From positions 1 to 59,499 of IMG/VR virus record IMGVR_UViG_3300024308_000008: a stretch of 59,499 bases of DNA; one strand, written 5' to 3'. The position numbers and the translations under genes are program-made. The stretch is from a virus. Below are positions 9,704 to 19,187 of this stretch, piece after piece. Under the pieces are notes generated by a model. That model did no database searches and was not told the DNA's origin. It saw only the letters and a list, made by a program, of their open reading frames with translations. The stretch's first letter is position 1, and each line of letters starts with the position of its first letter.

Positions 9704-10104
9704 TGAGAATCCAAGATTGGCCCACAGCCTTATTTCAACACATCGAGTCTGCTAAACAGAAAGAGTTCTCATGGGGTGAGCACGATTGTTGCCTCTTTGC
9801 TGCCGATTGCTGCATCGCACTATGCGGTAAGGACCCTGCGCAAGCTTACAGGGGCACATACACAACAGCAACAGGCGCTAAGAGAGCTCTTAGTAAGAAC
9901 CACGGGTCTGTCGAGGCTGCCTTTGATGCAATGTTTGAAAGGGTAGACCCTGCTTTCGCACAAAGAGGAGATATTGTTGTCTTTGAAAGCGAGCTAGGGC
10001 TAACCGCTGGCATCCAAGGGGTAGATGGGGTAGTATGGTCAGTCAGCCTCAATGGGTTAGCAATCCTCAAACCAGAAGTCAAGACCTCTTGGAGAGTAGA
10101 ATAA
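9703..10104 (+). CDS. Tail tip protein with an NlpC/P60-like Cys motif (lambda gpK / GTA g14-like)
   Basis: 'SWGEHDCCLFAADC' motif, and position immediately before the J-like gene. Confidence 0.45.
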   Translation: MRIQDWPTALFQHIESAKQKEFSWGEHDCCLFAADCCIALCGKDPAQAYRGTYTTATGAKRALSKNHGSVEAAFDAMFERVDPAFAQRGDIVVFESELGLTAGIQGVDGVVWSVSLNGLAILKPEVKTSWRVE

Positions 10105-13100
10105 ATGCCACCAGTCGCGATCGCTGCCGCTGTAGCAGTAGGAGCCGGGGCCGCCTTTGCGGGGGCCACAATAGCCACAGCCGTCGCGATTGCCTCGGTT
10201 GCGTTCTCCGTCACCGCTGCACTCACCACTAAAACCCCTTCTTTCGATAGCTACGCAAGCCCCCAAGAGCGTAAGCAAGTTCTACGTTCCGCTGCGGCGC
10301 CTAAGCTCGCAGTGTACGGGGAGGTTATGGGCTCGGGTGTGCTGTTCTTCGCTGAAGAGGAACCAGGCGAGCAAGACAAAGACGAACTTCTCCACATGTG
10401 CATCGCTATCGCTGGCCATGAGATTACAAGCATCGGGCAAGTGTACTTGAACGACGAGCCTATCGAGTCTTATGGCCAATACGCATCGTACGAACTGCAC
10501 AACAATCGACAAGTTGCAGACCCTTACCTTCTTGCCAATTGCCCTAGCTGGGATTCAACGATGATCGGCAAGAATATCGCATTTGTTCGGGTAACGTTGA
10601 AGTTCAGTGCGGACAAGTTCCCCAACGGCATCCCCAACATCAAAATGGTCAAGAGGGGGTACAAAGTCTATGACCCACGCACAGGCAAGACAGCTTGGAG
10701 CGCGAACAGCGCCCTCGTCTATTTGCACTTCTTGAAGACATTTTGCGGGGTAGCCGACTCGGACGTCTTAGTCGAACAGTTTAAAAGCTGCGCGAACATT
10801 TGTGATGAACTTGTGGCCACAGCAGCAGGGTCTGGGTTTCGATACCGCACCCACGGTGAGTTCGATTTTAACGAAAGTCGTGTCAAGGTCATGGAAGCCA
10901 TCTTGCTGTCTTGTGCAGGCGATCGCGTGTACACTGGAGGCAAGCACGGGCTCATGGTAGGTGCTTACCAAGGTCCTGCAACTTTAGAACTGCATAGCCG
11001 TCAAATCTGCGGTGACGTTCAAATTACACCCGAGACTTCTGAAAGAGATCGTTTTAACACCTACCGTGGCAAGTTCATCAACGCAAGCCAGAAGTTCATA
11101 CAAAGCGACTTCCCGCCTGTTTCAGTTGCAGAATGGGTCGCAGAGGACGGCAGAGAAATCACGAAAGATATCGATTTTCGCTTTGTAACCGACGAATACC
11201 AAGCTCAACGTATTTGCGCAATGAAAATGCGTAGAGCTCGCGTGGGCGCCATTCTGCAAGTGCCCATGAACTACAGCGGCTTCGCTTACCGCCCTGGCAA
11301 AAACGTCAAAGTCTTCATCCCCGAGTTGCAGATAGACGGAGTTGAGTACAAAGTTGATTCTTGGTCCTTTAACGTCCAAGGCGGGGTTAAACTTATCCTT
11401 ATCCAAGACAGCCCCCAAATGTACGGTGACATACCCGGGCAAGCTGTTGTCAACCCTCCTTTGACTAATCTGCCAAGCTCAGGGCCTCCTGCGCCAAGCA
11501 ACTTAAGATACACTGCCAAGCCTGTAGGGGATATCGTCCAGGGCGTGTTGCAGTGGGGCAATTTCGGCACGCAAGTTGTAGACAACATCGTTAACGTCTA
11601 CAAAGCGGGAGCGCTGCAATATAGCGTCCGCACACCCGCAAACGAGTGCGTCCTTACGGGCCTTGCTGCGGGCTCCTACGAAGCGAGGGTGCAAGCTATT
11701 GCAGCCAACGGCGTGGGCTCTAGCATTAGCACGCTAGTTTTCACCATTGATGTGCCTGCGACTCCGACCAGCGTGTCCGTTATCCCGGATAACTGGTCTT
11801 TGCAGCTGATCCCCAAATTCCAAAACCAGTTATCTTTCGGAACAATTTGTGAGTTTTTCTGGTCCACTGTCAATTTGACCCTAAACCAAGTAGAAGCCCA
11901 GGCAACTAACTTGGGGATGGGTGCCACATTAACACACTCAGGCTTACAACCTGACACAACTTACTATTATTGGATTCGCTCAATCAACGCTTACGGCAAG
12001 TCTAGTTTCTTTGCCTTGACTGCGAAAACAACTTACGACATTGGCTCCATCGTTGATGCCTTGGACGGCGAAATTGGCGCTGAACATTTACGACAAGATC
12101 TCAGGACAAGGATAGACGACAATGTTGCGGCAACCCAAACAGTTCAAAAAACTGTAGCCGACCTCGACGGAAAGATTAGGGCTAGCTGGTACACTAAAGC
12201 CCAAGTTAACGGAGTGGGCGGGGGTTTCGGCTTAGAAGTTGTAATGCAGCCAGACGGCACCCGCTTAGCGTCGTTTGTTGTAGATGCCGATGTCTTTGCT
12301 ATTCTGTCCAGGGGTGTTGGCGCAACGAGCAAAAGACATCCGTTTGTAGTCAAAAACGGCACAGTTTACATGAACCACGCCATGATGGACACGGCCGAGA
12401 TCGGCAACGTGATCGCCAAGTACATCAATGTGCAGCACCTGAAAGGCTCCCTCATCGAGGGTGGCTCTTTCCGTGGGGGGGATCTCTGGCTGGGGGAAAA
12501 CGCCACCGGCCAGTTCGGAGCCTATGGTAAGAAGTGGAATGCAGGGATCGATTCCAGGGGGCGCATCTACGGCAGTGATGTCTATTTTTCCAATGGGACG
12601 TTCCAGGGCAATGTGCTGGCCAACTCCGGCACGATGTACAATGTGACCATTAAAGAAAACTGCAACGTGCTAGGGACTATATACGCAAACAGGATTGTCG
12701 GCGCAATAGACTCAAGCACCGTCAAATACTTCAACCCTTTCGGCCCAGTTATGCACAGCGTTGATGTTGTTTCAGCAACATACATAGAGGCCTACTCATC
12801 ACCCCGCACGTTAACCATATTCACAGGGGTTGCAGTTAGAGTTACTCGGCAGGCAAGAGACACCGCTGAGAGATTTATCTCATGCCAGATTCAGGCATTA
12901 ATTGGTGGAGCTGTTGTCGGCAGCGCAAACTTTGAGGCAAGAATACCATTTTCAAGCACACCAACACCATTGCAAACGGTAACATCTTCCGCGCCACTAG
13001 TTTCATGTACAATCCATCAATCACAAAGGCCGACTGTTTCCATTAGAGTGTTGGTTTTATCCCAAAATGCCGGTGGTGATAGCGGGGTTTTTTCAACGAG

Positions 13101-13152
13101 TCACTCGGCAACTTTCTCAACTAAAGTTACTGGAACAGATCAAGTGTCATAA
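10105..13152 (+). CDS. Central tail fibre / host specificity protein (J-like) with an FN3 domain
   Basis: 1015 aa. Motifs: 'SANSALVYLHFL', and FN3-like 'PPAPSNLRYT...YEARVQAIAANGVGS'. It is the last gene of the tail block. Confidence 0.8.
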   Translation: MPPVAIAAAVAVGAGAAFAGATIATAVAIASVAFSVTAALTTKTPSFDSYASPQERKQVLRSAAAPKLAVYGEVMGSGVLFFAEEEPGEQDKDELLHMCIAIAGHEITSIGQVYLNDEPIESYGQYASYELHNNRQVADPYLLANCPSWDSTMIGKNIAFVRVTLKFSADKFPNGIPNIKMVKRGYKVYDPRTGKTAWSANSALVYLHFLKTFCGVADSDVLVEQFKSCANICDELVATAAGSGFRYRTHGEFDFNESRVKVMEAILLSCAGDRVYTGGKHGLMVGAYQGPATLELHSRQICGDVQITPETSERDRFNTYRGKFINASQKFIQSDFPPVSVAEWVAEDGREITKDIDFRFVTDEYQAQRICAMKMRRARVGAILQVPMNYSGFAYRPGKNVKVFIPELQIDGVEYKVDSWSFNVQGGVKLILIQDSPQMYGDIPGQAVVNPPLTNLPSSGPPAPSNLRYTAKPVGDIVQGVLQWGNFGTQVVDNIVNVYKAGALQYSVRTPANECVLTGLAAGSYEARVQAIAANGVGSSISTLVFTIDVPATPTSVSVIPDNWSLQLIPKFQNQLSFGTICEFFWSTVNLTLNQVEAQATNLGMGATLTHSGLQPDTTYYYWIRSINAYGKSSFFALTAKTTYDIGSIVDALDGEIGAEHLRQDLRTRIDDNVAATQTVQKTVADLDGKIRASWYTKAQVNGVGGGFGLEVVMQPDGTRLASFVVDADVFAILSRGVGATSKRHPFVVKNGTVYMNHAMMDTAEIGNVIAKYINVQHLKGSLIEGGSFRGGDLWLGENATGQFGAYGKKWNAGIDSRGRIYGSDVYFSNGTFQGNVLANSGTMYNVTIKENCNVLGTIYANRIVGAIDSSTVKYFNPFGPVMHSVDVVSATYIEAYSSPRTLTIFTGVAVRVTRQARDTAERFISCQIQALIGGAVVGSANFEARIPFSSTPTPLQTVTSSAPLVSCTIHQSQRPTVSIRVLVLSQNAGGDSGVFSTSHSATFSTKVTGTDQVS

Positions 13153-13154
13153 CA

Positions 13155-13177
13155 AAAGCCCCCGTAATGGGGGCTTT
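13155..13177. terminator. Bidirectional rho-independent terminator between the convergent late and replication blocks
   Basis: aaagccccc-gtaat-gggggcttt hairpin with A-rich and T-rich flanks. Confidence 0.75.
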
Positions 13178-13180
13178 CTT

Positions 13181-13489
13181 TTACTTCACCAGCTCGCCAA
13201 CAATCGCAGACGCGACCAGCCACTTAACCTCTTTGTATTTTGCCCCAAGGGCTGCCCCTTTTACAGCAAGGTGAGCCGCACTTACTTCCGGGCCAGGAGG
13301 GGCTGCGCGGTGTTGCGCTGTTAACATCCGCACGCCCTGGGCAGCATCTGCGAAAGCGACCCCGGTGTTTACAACTGCCCAGATCAAGCCTACAGTTGTA
13401 AGCATCAAGAACCAAAACCAATAATCGATGTCACGAAAGAGCTGTTTCAAGTTAAGCACCTTGAAGAAGCGAAATATTGTGGTCATCAT
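13181..13489 (-). CDS. Small membrane protein, function unknown
   Basis: Hydrophobic segment 'YWFWFLMLTTVGLIWAVVNTGVAF'. The start overlaps the polymerase stop (ATGATGA). Confidence 0.5.
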   Translation of the reverse strand: MMTTIFRFFKVLNLKQLFRDIDYWFWFLMLTTVGLIWAVVNTGVAFADAAQGVRMLTAQHRAAPPGPEVSAAHLAVKGAALGAKYKEVKWLVASAIVGELVK

Positions 13490-15450
13490 GCGTACCCCAT
13501 TTCGGCCAAGTAGCCGTTTGCTTTGTCAATGTAAATTTGATGGCACAAGTCCGCTGGAATACCTTCGACGAGTTCCATCATCGGAACCGCCTTGTCGCTA
13601 TTCGCAACTTTGTTACCCGATAAAGCGTAGACCATTTCGTGCGTCTCGCCCTCCGAGTAATACCACCGAACAACCTTGCCCAGATAGTCGCCGTTATGGT
13701 AAGCCCCACCTTTGACTTGGCGCACCACCATAAACTTGCGTATGTCTGTGCAGTTACGAATAGTATCTTCTACTGGTATTCCTTTTGCAAGCTTGAGTTT
13801 AACCGCTTCAAAGATTATTTCGCCTGTCGGGTTCTTTTGCAAACCCGTTTCAGCAAACCAGCCTTTGGCTTTAACTTTACCTTGCTCACAAACCGCGACG
13901 TAGTTATTAACGTTTGCGGAATGCAATTGATCATAGAAGTTAGATTCCATCGCGAAACCTGTTCGCTGTTCCCACTGAGCTATCAACGCTTCGACTGTCG
14001 GCTCCTGTTCCAAGGCGTAGTCCAGGACAATGCCGTCCGTATTGGCAGACAAAACCCTGATGCCGTGCAGCTCCATTGTCTCGATCAACATAAGCAGCGA
14101 CAGCTGGCCTGTTAGCGTTACCTGTATCAACATCTCCGGAGCATAAAACAGTGACCACATTGAGCCCAACTTGCCAAAGAAGCCGTTGATTACGATCTTG
14201 AGCGTTTGAGCTGTCGAGTTGTCGCCCGTGTGCTTGGCTTTGATACGCCGAGTAACGATCTTAGACAGTATGCGCAAACAAGCTTCAGTTAGGTGACGCG
14301 GGTATAGCTTTTCATTCAAAATGATGCTGGGGTAAAACGAAGTTACGTCAATATCCCGCTTGCGCCTGCCTTTGCGCTTAGGGTGAGACGCTTTCTTTTC
14401 GCTCGAGTGCAAGCCCCCGATGCCCATACGGTAAACGCCGTCGGCAATGAGGATCTTTAAGTTGTCTAGCTGCCAGGGCATTAGAACCGTGCCGTTTTCT
14501 TCGATTGTAAATTGGCAAGACTTGATCACGTTCACAACACTTTGCATCATCGGCGTTTGGAACGACATCCAACGAGGGAACTGGTATTGGAAGCGTTTAC
14601 CCGGCTCAACAGGTGGCCTGCCCACTCTGCGCTTGAGGGCTGACATAAGCTCGCTGCGAATTACGTCTTCTGCAATTTGCGGGTCAGAACGGGAGCGAAG
14701 GTCTAACCCGTACTCTTTGCCCAAAGTGACGCGCAGATCTATATCTTTTTTGACAGCATTGTAGATGCTAATGGTGCAATCCAAGTCGTTGACACAGTAG
14801 TGACGAACAATCGCCATGTGGTTGGGTGTCAGCAACATGTTAGGCGGGAAGGGTAAATCTTGCAGACGCTTTTGATGCAAGCGTGCAGCCCTTACCTTCA
14901 GACCGCCAGCGCCTGGGCAAACTTCCAACAAGTCAATGTGGTCAAGCTTCAACCTCTTGAGTCCGTGCAACTTGAGGACGTCGCTGGGGCGGAAGTTTTC
15001 AACGATGATCATGTCGGTTGCTTCTTTGAGCTGGCCGTTGGTTTTGCCTGCCAAAGACAAAGTCAGAATAGGCTCGTCATACCCTATACCGTTAAAGGAT
15101 ACGATTGGCAAATTTGAAACCAGGTACATCAACCATTCACGGTTGAGCGGGCACCCTAGATACATTTCAAAGTAGATAATTTTGCCGCTAAGGATACCCT
15201 TAAACGCAATTAGGTAGTAATTAGGGTAACACTCAATGTCATAGACGTGGGGTTCTTTCTCTGCAATAGCCTTTTGCAAACTCTCCAGTGTGTGCATGTC
15301 GTAACGGGCCGAAAGCGCTTCTTGCAGCCCTGGCAAGTAGTCTGGTCGCTCCCACACCCTTGGTGGAGGTGTGCGTTTGACTTTCTCTTTTTTGACCTTC
15401 TTAGGAGCAGGCAGATCGCTCCAGAAAAGCCCAATTGCGTCAGCTCTCAT
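13486..15450 (-). CDS. Family-B DNA polymerase
   Basis: Exo I 'YDIECYPNY'; motif A 'DIDVTSFYPSII'; motif B 'KIVINGFFGKLG'; motif C 'LSANTDGIVL'. Confidence 0.8.
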   Translation of the reverse strand: MRADAIGLFWSDLPAPKKVKKEKVKRTPPPRVWERPDYLPGLQEALSARYDMHTLESLQKAIAEKEPHVYDIECYPNYYLIAFKGILSGKIIYFEMYLGCPLNREWLMYLVSNLPIVSFNGIGYDEPILTLSLAGKTNGQLKEATDMIIVENFRPSDVLKLHGLKRLKLDHIDLLEVCPGAGGLKVRAARLHQKRLQDLPFPPNMLLTPNHMAIVRHYCVNDLDCTISIYNAVKKDIDLRVTLGKEYGLDLRSRSDPQIAEDVIRSELMSALKRRVGRPPVEPGKRFQYQFPRWMSFQTPMMQSVVNVIKSCQFTIEENGTVLMPWQLDNLKILIADGVYRMGIGGLHSSEKKASHPKRKGRRKRDIDVTSFYPSIILNEKLYPRHLTEACLRILSKIVTRRIKAKHTGDNSTAQTLKIVINGFFGKLGSMWSLFYAPEMLIQVTLTGQLSLLMLIETMELHGIRVLSANTDGIVLDYALEQEPTVEALIAQWEQRTGFAMESNFYDQLHSANVNNYVAVCEQGKVKAKGWFAETGLQKNPTGEIIFEAVKLKLAKGIPVEDTIRNCTDIRKFMVVRQVKGGAYHNGDYLGKVVRWYYSEGETHEMVYALSGNKVANSDKAVPMMELVEGIPADLCHQIYIDKANGYLAEMGYA

Positions 15451-16406
15451 AGATGTTGACCTACAATTACGCCTCTGAAGTTAGGGCCAAAGAATGGGCA
15501 GGGTTTGGGGTACAACGTCAAATCTGCGGTGTCCACATTATCTTTCAACAGCATGAGCATTTGCAGAGCGTAGCAGCCTCTCAGGCTTACGTCGTTCAAA
15601 GCACAGCTAGCACCCTCATTTTCGTCCATGTGGGTGCGCATATAGCCATCCTCCATGATAACCCGACCGTTGTCCGTTGCAAAAGGTTTCAGCCTGTCCA
15701 TTGCGTCGAAGATAAGAGGGTCTATCGTTTGGGGGTTAGCCCCTTCGATGGTCAATATCTTGTCAATAGTAGAAGGCCACATGTTTTCTATCAGTGTGCT
15801 TTTCAACCAGCGCCCCGAGTCGTAGTGGAAAGTGATAGAGTTATCTACAACTTGAATGCTGTGTGGGGTTTCTTTGATTTTGACAAGCGCTTCTACCGCT
15901 TCGCTTGAAAGCACAGCATCCATCGGGAATGGCGTCCCAAACCAATATTGAACCATTGTGACGTTATTAGTCGCGTAGGCGCTGCCACCTTTGAGCAGAA
16001 CGGACATTGAGAACCGACGAGAAGCATCGGTGCCCATGAACGGCAAAACGGTTGACAAACCTTTCAGCAGCTCCGCCCCGTTAATGGGGACGATTTCGCC
16101 TTCCGGCTCGGTGTGGGCCCCTATTTCGTCTGTGCAAGGGATGTTCGCTTTAAACCCACCGGAGCGCACAGACAGCTTGCCGCTAGGCAACAGTGTTAGC
16201 TGTGTAGCCTCTTCGCAGTTAGCTATCGCCTTAACCATGGGGATGGCTTGCGGCGCACAGTCGAGGGCTAAGTTAATGGGGGCTGCCAAGGATATTACCC
16301 CGTTGGTGCCGCGCACAAACCCGTCACGGATAAGGAAGTGCGTCGCCCCGGGTACGAAGGCGCGTTTGCCTACAGCAGCGGCAGCAAACTTCAAAGCTTC
16401 AAGCAT
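15447..16406 (-). CDS. DnaN-like sliding clamp (beta-clamp homologue)
   Basis: 'KLSVRSGGFKANIPC' and 'ITFHYDSGRWLKSTLIENMWPS' parallel E. coli DnaN 'MLVRSGRSRFSLSTLP' and 'IRAHVGDFIFTSKLVDGRFPDY'. The gene overlaps the polymerase gene. Confidence 0.6.
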   Translation of the reverse strand: MLEALKFAAAAVGKRAFVPGATHFLIRDGFVRGTNGVISLAAPINLALDCAPQAIPMVKAIANCEEATQLTLLPSGKLSVRSGGFKANIPCTDEIGAHTEPEGEIVPINGAELLKGLSTVLPFMGTDASRRFSMSVLLKGGSAYATNNVTMVQYWFGTPFPMDAVLSSEAVEALVKIKETPHSIQVVDNSITFHYDSGRWLKSTLIENMWPSTIDKILTIEGANPQTIDPLIFDAMDRLKPFATDNGRVIMEDGYMRTHMDENEGASCALNDVSLRGCYALQMLMLLKDNVDTADLTLYPKPCPFFGPNFRGVIVGQHL

Positions 16407-16559
16407 CTCTGTCTAACCTCTCTTCCAAAACGACAACAGACTTATAAGGTTCGTGAAGATTGACGCTAACGACGTCAACAACCACGAAGGCTTTAGTGTA
16501 AAGCTCGTCGAGCTCTTCTAGTGTGAACAAGATAAAGTGTTTTCCCAGGTTACTAGCCC

Positions 16560-17483
16560 TCAGAATAACTCCTGGATTCGCGGTGTGAAAACTCGGGATT
16601 CCTTGTGAGTGTTAATACGATTAGCGATCTGCCGATAAGCCCACATGTTAAAGGTGGCCCGGGTTTCGTAAATTGTGGTTAAACGTTCAAGATCAAACCC
16701 GCTGTCTTCGATAAGCTTCTCAATGTAAGCCTTTTCGATAGGTAGCAAGTTCAAAACATGCTTACCCATGTCATGTATAGTCCCAGCCTTTTCGGAGACA
16801 CGATAAGGCACCCCGTCTGGTGTAAACATGGACCCATAGGCCCCGAACTGTATCCAGGACGACGAGTCGACAGAATACCAAGGGTACCGCTCCATTACAC
16901 GAACGGATGTGATACCAAAAGCGTGAAGTTTGGTCTTAGGACGGCCAGCTCCATCGATAATATAGCGCTCCCAAATCCTGTCGAGCCATGTGATGAGCTG
17001 CTCGACAGTTTTTCCAACCATTCCTCCGAGGGTGATATAGGGGTAGTTCGCGAGGTAGAACTCAAGATACCTTTCATCTTCCCCAAAGTGGAAGCAGGGA
17101 AGGGGTCTAACCCCTCTGGCTTCCATCTCCAATTGGTTTCGGTAGGTTTGCAAGGGGTCGCCGATGCCGTCAAGCACTGAAGCCATAACGACTCCGTCGT
17201 CTTTTCTAATGATATCCTCATTTTCTTGTATATATCGGCAGTACCCTGGGAGGCTAATTGTAGCTCCCATGTTCCAAGCGGAGAAAGCACCGGAGTCGAG
17301 GAAAACTTGAGCGCCGTCTGCACGCATTTCGTCGACGGCTTTTTGTCTGTGAACATAGTGATAAGATTCCAGTATGTTGGGTATAGTATCCACTATATTG
17401 GCTTCGCGCTCGTTCAGCTTAGGGTAGGTGCTCTGACCCTTGCGAAATCCGTTTGTGTACACAGCAGCAAGATATAGGTTCAC
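16560..17483 (-). CDS. dpdA: DpdA-family 7-deazaguanine DNA transglycosylase (TGT fold)
   Basis: 'QVFLDSGAFS' and 'PYITLGGMVG' TGT-like motifs. GTG start follows GGAG. It is the last gene of the deazapurine operon. Confidence 0.8.
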   Translation of the reverse strand: MNLYLAAVYTNGFRKGQSTYPKLNEREANIVDTIPNILESYHYVHRQKAVDEMRADGAQVFLDSGAFSAWNMGATISLPGYCRYIQENEDIIRKDDGVVMASVLDGIGDPLQTYRNQLEMEARGVRPLPCFHFGEDERYLEFYLANYPYITLGGMVGKTVEQLITWLDRIWERYIIDGAGRPKTKLHAFGITSVRVMERYPWYSVDSSSWIQFGAYGSMFTPDGVPYRVSEKAGTIHDMGKHVLNLLPIEKAYIEKLIEDSGFDLERLTTIYETRATFNMWAYRQIANRINTHKESRVFTPRIQELF

Positions 17484-17499
17484 TTCCGCTCCAATAAGA

Positions 17500-17517
17500 A
17501 AGGGCCCGTAGGCCCTT
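17500..17517 (-). terminator. Hairpin / possible attenuator between folE and dpdA
   Basis: The minus strand reads aagggcc-tacg-ggccctt followed by tcttatt. Confidence 0.35.
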
Positions 17518-17537
17518 AGTATATAACAGCTTTATGC

Positions 17538-18173
17538 TCAGTTACAGGCTTGAGCAAACTCGGAGCGCCAGATCACCTCTTGCTGGGTGAGAGACGCCCC
17601 CCGCTCTTGGGAGGGGAGGCGCACAGCCCGTGTAATCGTGCTGGAGCCGCACACCTGCTTGATGCCACGGCTTTCCATGCACATGTGTTTGGCGTCAATA
17701 TAGACGAACACAGCGCGAGGGTTGAGGTAGAAAGCCATGGCGTCCGCGATCTCGTTAGTGAGACGTTCCTGCACTTGCAGACGGCGAGAGAAGGCGTCGA
17801 CCAGCCGTGAGAGCTTGGACAAGCCTACTATGCGCCCGTCGGGGACGTAGCCCACAACCGCCCGGCCAATGATCGGCGCCATGTGGTGTTCGCAGTGGCT
17901 ATAGACAGGGATATCGCGAACGATAACCAGCTCATTAGCCCCTTCCGCCCCGTCCTCGAAGGTTTTGAACAAACCTGGGATGTCAACATCGTAACCGCCG
18001 AACCAGGTTGCAAACGCTTTTGCTACACGGGCAGGGGTTTCCTGGAGGCCTTCCCTCAAAGGCGTCGTGATACTCCCGGCACTACCTTCGCGAGCTTCGA
18101 TAGCACACAAAAGCTGTTGCACTGCACTCTCGATGATCGGTGCGCGGTTCACAATACGGGCAATCTTATCCAT
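17538..18173 (-). CDS. folE: GTP cyclohydrolase I
   Basis: 'VYSHCEHHMAP', 'GLSKLSRLVDAFSRRLQVQERLT', 'KHMCMESRG'. Confidence 0.9.
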   Translation of the reverse strand: MDKIARIVNRAPIIESAVQQLLCAIEAREGSAGSITTPLREGLQETPARVAKAFATWFGGYDVDIPGLFKTFEDGAEGANELVIVRDIPVYSHCEHHMAPIIGRAVVGYVPDGRIVGLSKLSRLVDAFSRRLQVQERLTNEIADAMAFYLNPRAVFVYIDAKHMCMESRGIKQVCGSSTITRAVRLPSQERGASLTQQEVIWRSEFAQACN

Positions 18174-18182
18174 GTGGTTACC

Positions 18183-18419
18183 TTATTTCTTGAAATGACG
18201 ATACAGGGCACGAACAGCGATAATGATCCAGAAAATTTCGATCATGAAGCTGCCCAGGTTGAAGTGGAAGCACAAGCTGATAATCAGCAGTACAGCCCCC
18301 ACCAGGTTGACAACATTAAACTTTATGCTGTCAGCCGACCACCCTTTCGGGCTGGTAACTTTGTAATACGCGAGCACGATGCAGATCATGCCCAGAAAAC
18401 CTAGAACTTGGGTAAACAT
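18183..18419 (-). CDS. 78-aa three-TM membrane protein (small SemiSWEET/CBU_0592-like architecture), function unknown
   Basis: The start is a TAATG overlap with the queD stop. It has three hydrophobic spans and a basic C-terminus 'RALYRHFKK'. Confidence 0.6.
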   Translation of the reverse strand: MFTQVLGFLGMICIVLAYYKVTSPKGWSADSIKFNVVNLVGAVLLIISLCFHFNLGSFMIEIFWIIIAVRALYRHFKK

Positions 18420-18985
18420 TACTTGGTGTACTCCACGTGACACTTGCTGGTTTCTTCGATGGTGCAGCTTACCAGCTCAACTCCGTGCTCGTCCAGCAGC
18501 ATCGGGCCAACCACGTTAACCATGTGAGCGGCGAGGTTTTCAGCGGTAGGGTTGAAAGGCAAAGCTACCATAGACCCCAGAAAGTGATCGCGGCTGGAAA
18601 CCCCTACGCTGCGCACAAGAGCTGGTCGGGTATTGTCGTCTTCGATCAGTTCCCGGATGCCTTTGATCAGGTTGTCTTTCTCCCAGTGCAGGAATTTGTG
18701 ATCCCAGTTGTCCTCAAGCCACTGACACAGAGTTGATTTAACCACACTGAAGTCGATCACTCGTCCCAGGGAGTCCAAACTGACAGGAACCTCCTCCAAG
18801 AGAGGGGCAGTCACTGCGCCTAAGGTGACGGTCGCGCCCTTGTACTCGAGCTTTGTTTCGTGTTTAGGTTGAACCTTGAAACGAAAAACATAGTTGTGAC
18901 CGTGCAGGTGGCGGCACTTGCTTTCATGACCTACTACGCGGTGACCGGCACAAATCTCGTGCGAGCGAATTACAGAATATGACAT
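18419..18985 (-). CDS. queD: 6-carboxy-5,6,7,8-tetrahydropterin synthase
   Basis: 'CAGHRVVGHESKCRHLHGHNY'. The start was moved to ATG 18985 (MSYSVIRSHE), 1 nt after the upstream stop. Confidence 0.9.
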   Translation of the reverse strand: MSYSVIRSHEICAGHRVVGHESKCRHLHGHNYVFRFKVQPKHETKLEYKGATVTLGAVTAPLLEEVPVSLDSLGRVIDFSVVKSTLCQWLEDNWDHKFLHWEKDNLIKGIRELIEDDNTRPALVRSVGVSSRDHFLGSMVALPFNPTAENLAAHMVNVVGPMLLDEHGVELVSCTIEETSKCHVEYTK

Positions 18986-18986
18986 T

Positions 18987-19187
18987 TTAAATCTCCAGAT
19001 TACTAGGTTTAACACCGCACACAGGCCAAACCCACACAACAGGTCTACCGCTTGCTAACGTTTCGCTTTCGCTCATTTCTATTTGCACAGACATACCTTT
19101 CTGGCAAGCTGCTGCTAGCGCGGCGTTAAGGTTACGAGCTGCCTCTTCGCAAGCCGCTTGCAGCTCTTTAGCTTCTTGAATTTTCAT
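18987..19187 (-). CDS. Hypothetical 66-aa protein inside the deazapurine operon
   Basis: Tightly packed and co-directional; its start overlaps the upstream gene's stop (ATGA at 19184-19187). Confidence 0.5.
   Translation of the reverse strand: MKIQEAKELQAACEEAARNLNAALAAACQKGMSVQIEMSESETLASGRPVVWVWPVCGVKPSNLEI

Noticed and set aside
16407-16559. Possible ~43-codon minus-strand ORF (TTG start; ...FTLEELDELYTKAFVVVDVV...) filling the gap between dpdA and the clamp gene
   Set aside because: It has only a non-ATG start with no convincing SD, so I cannot distinguish it from an untranslated spacer. It is worth a look in ribosome-profiling data but is not reported as a feature.
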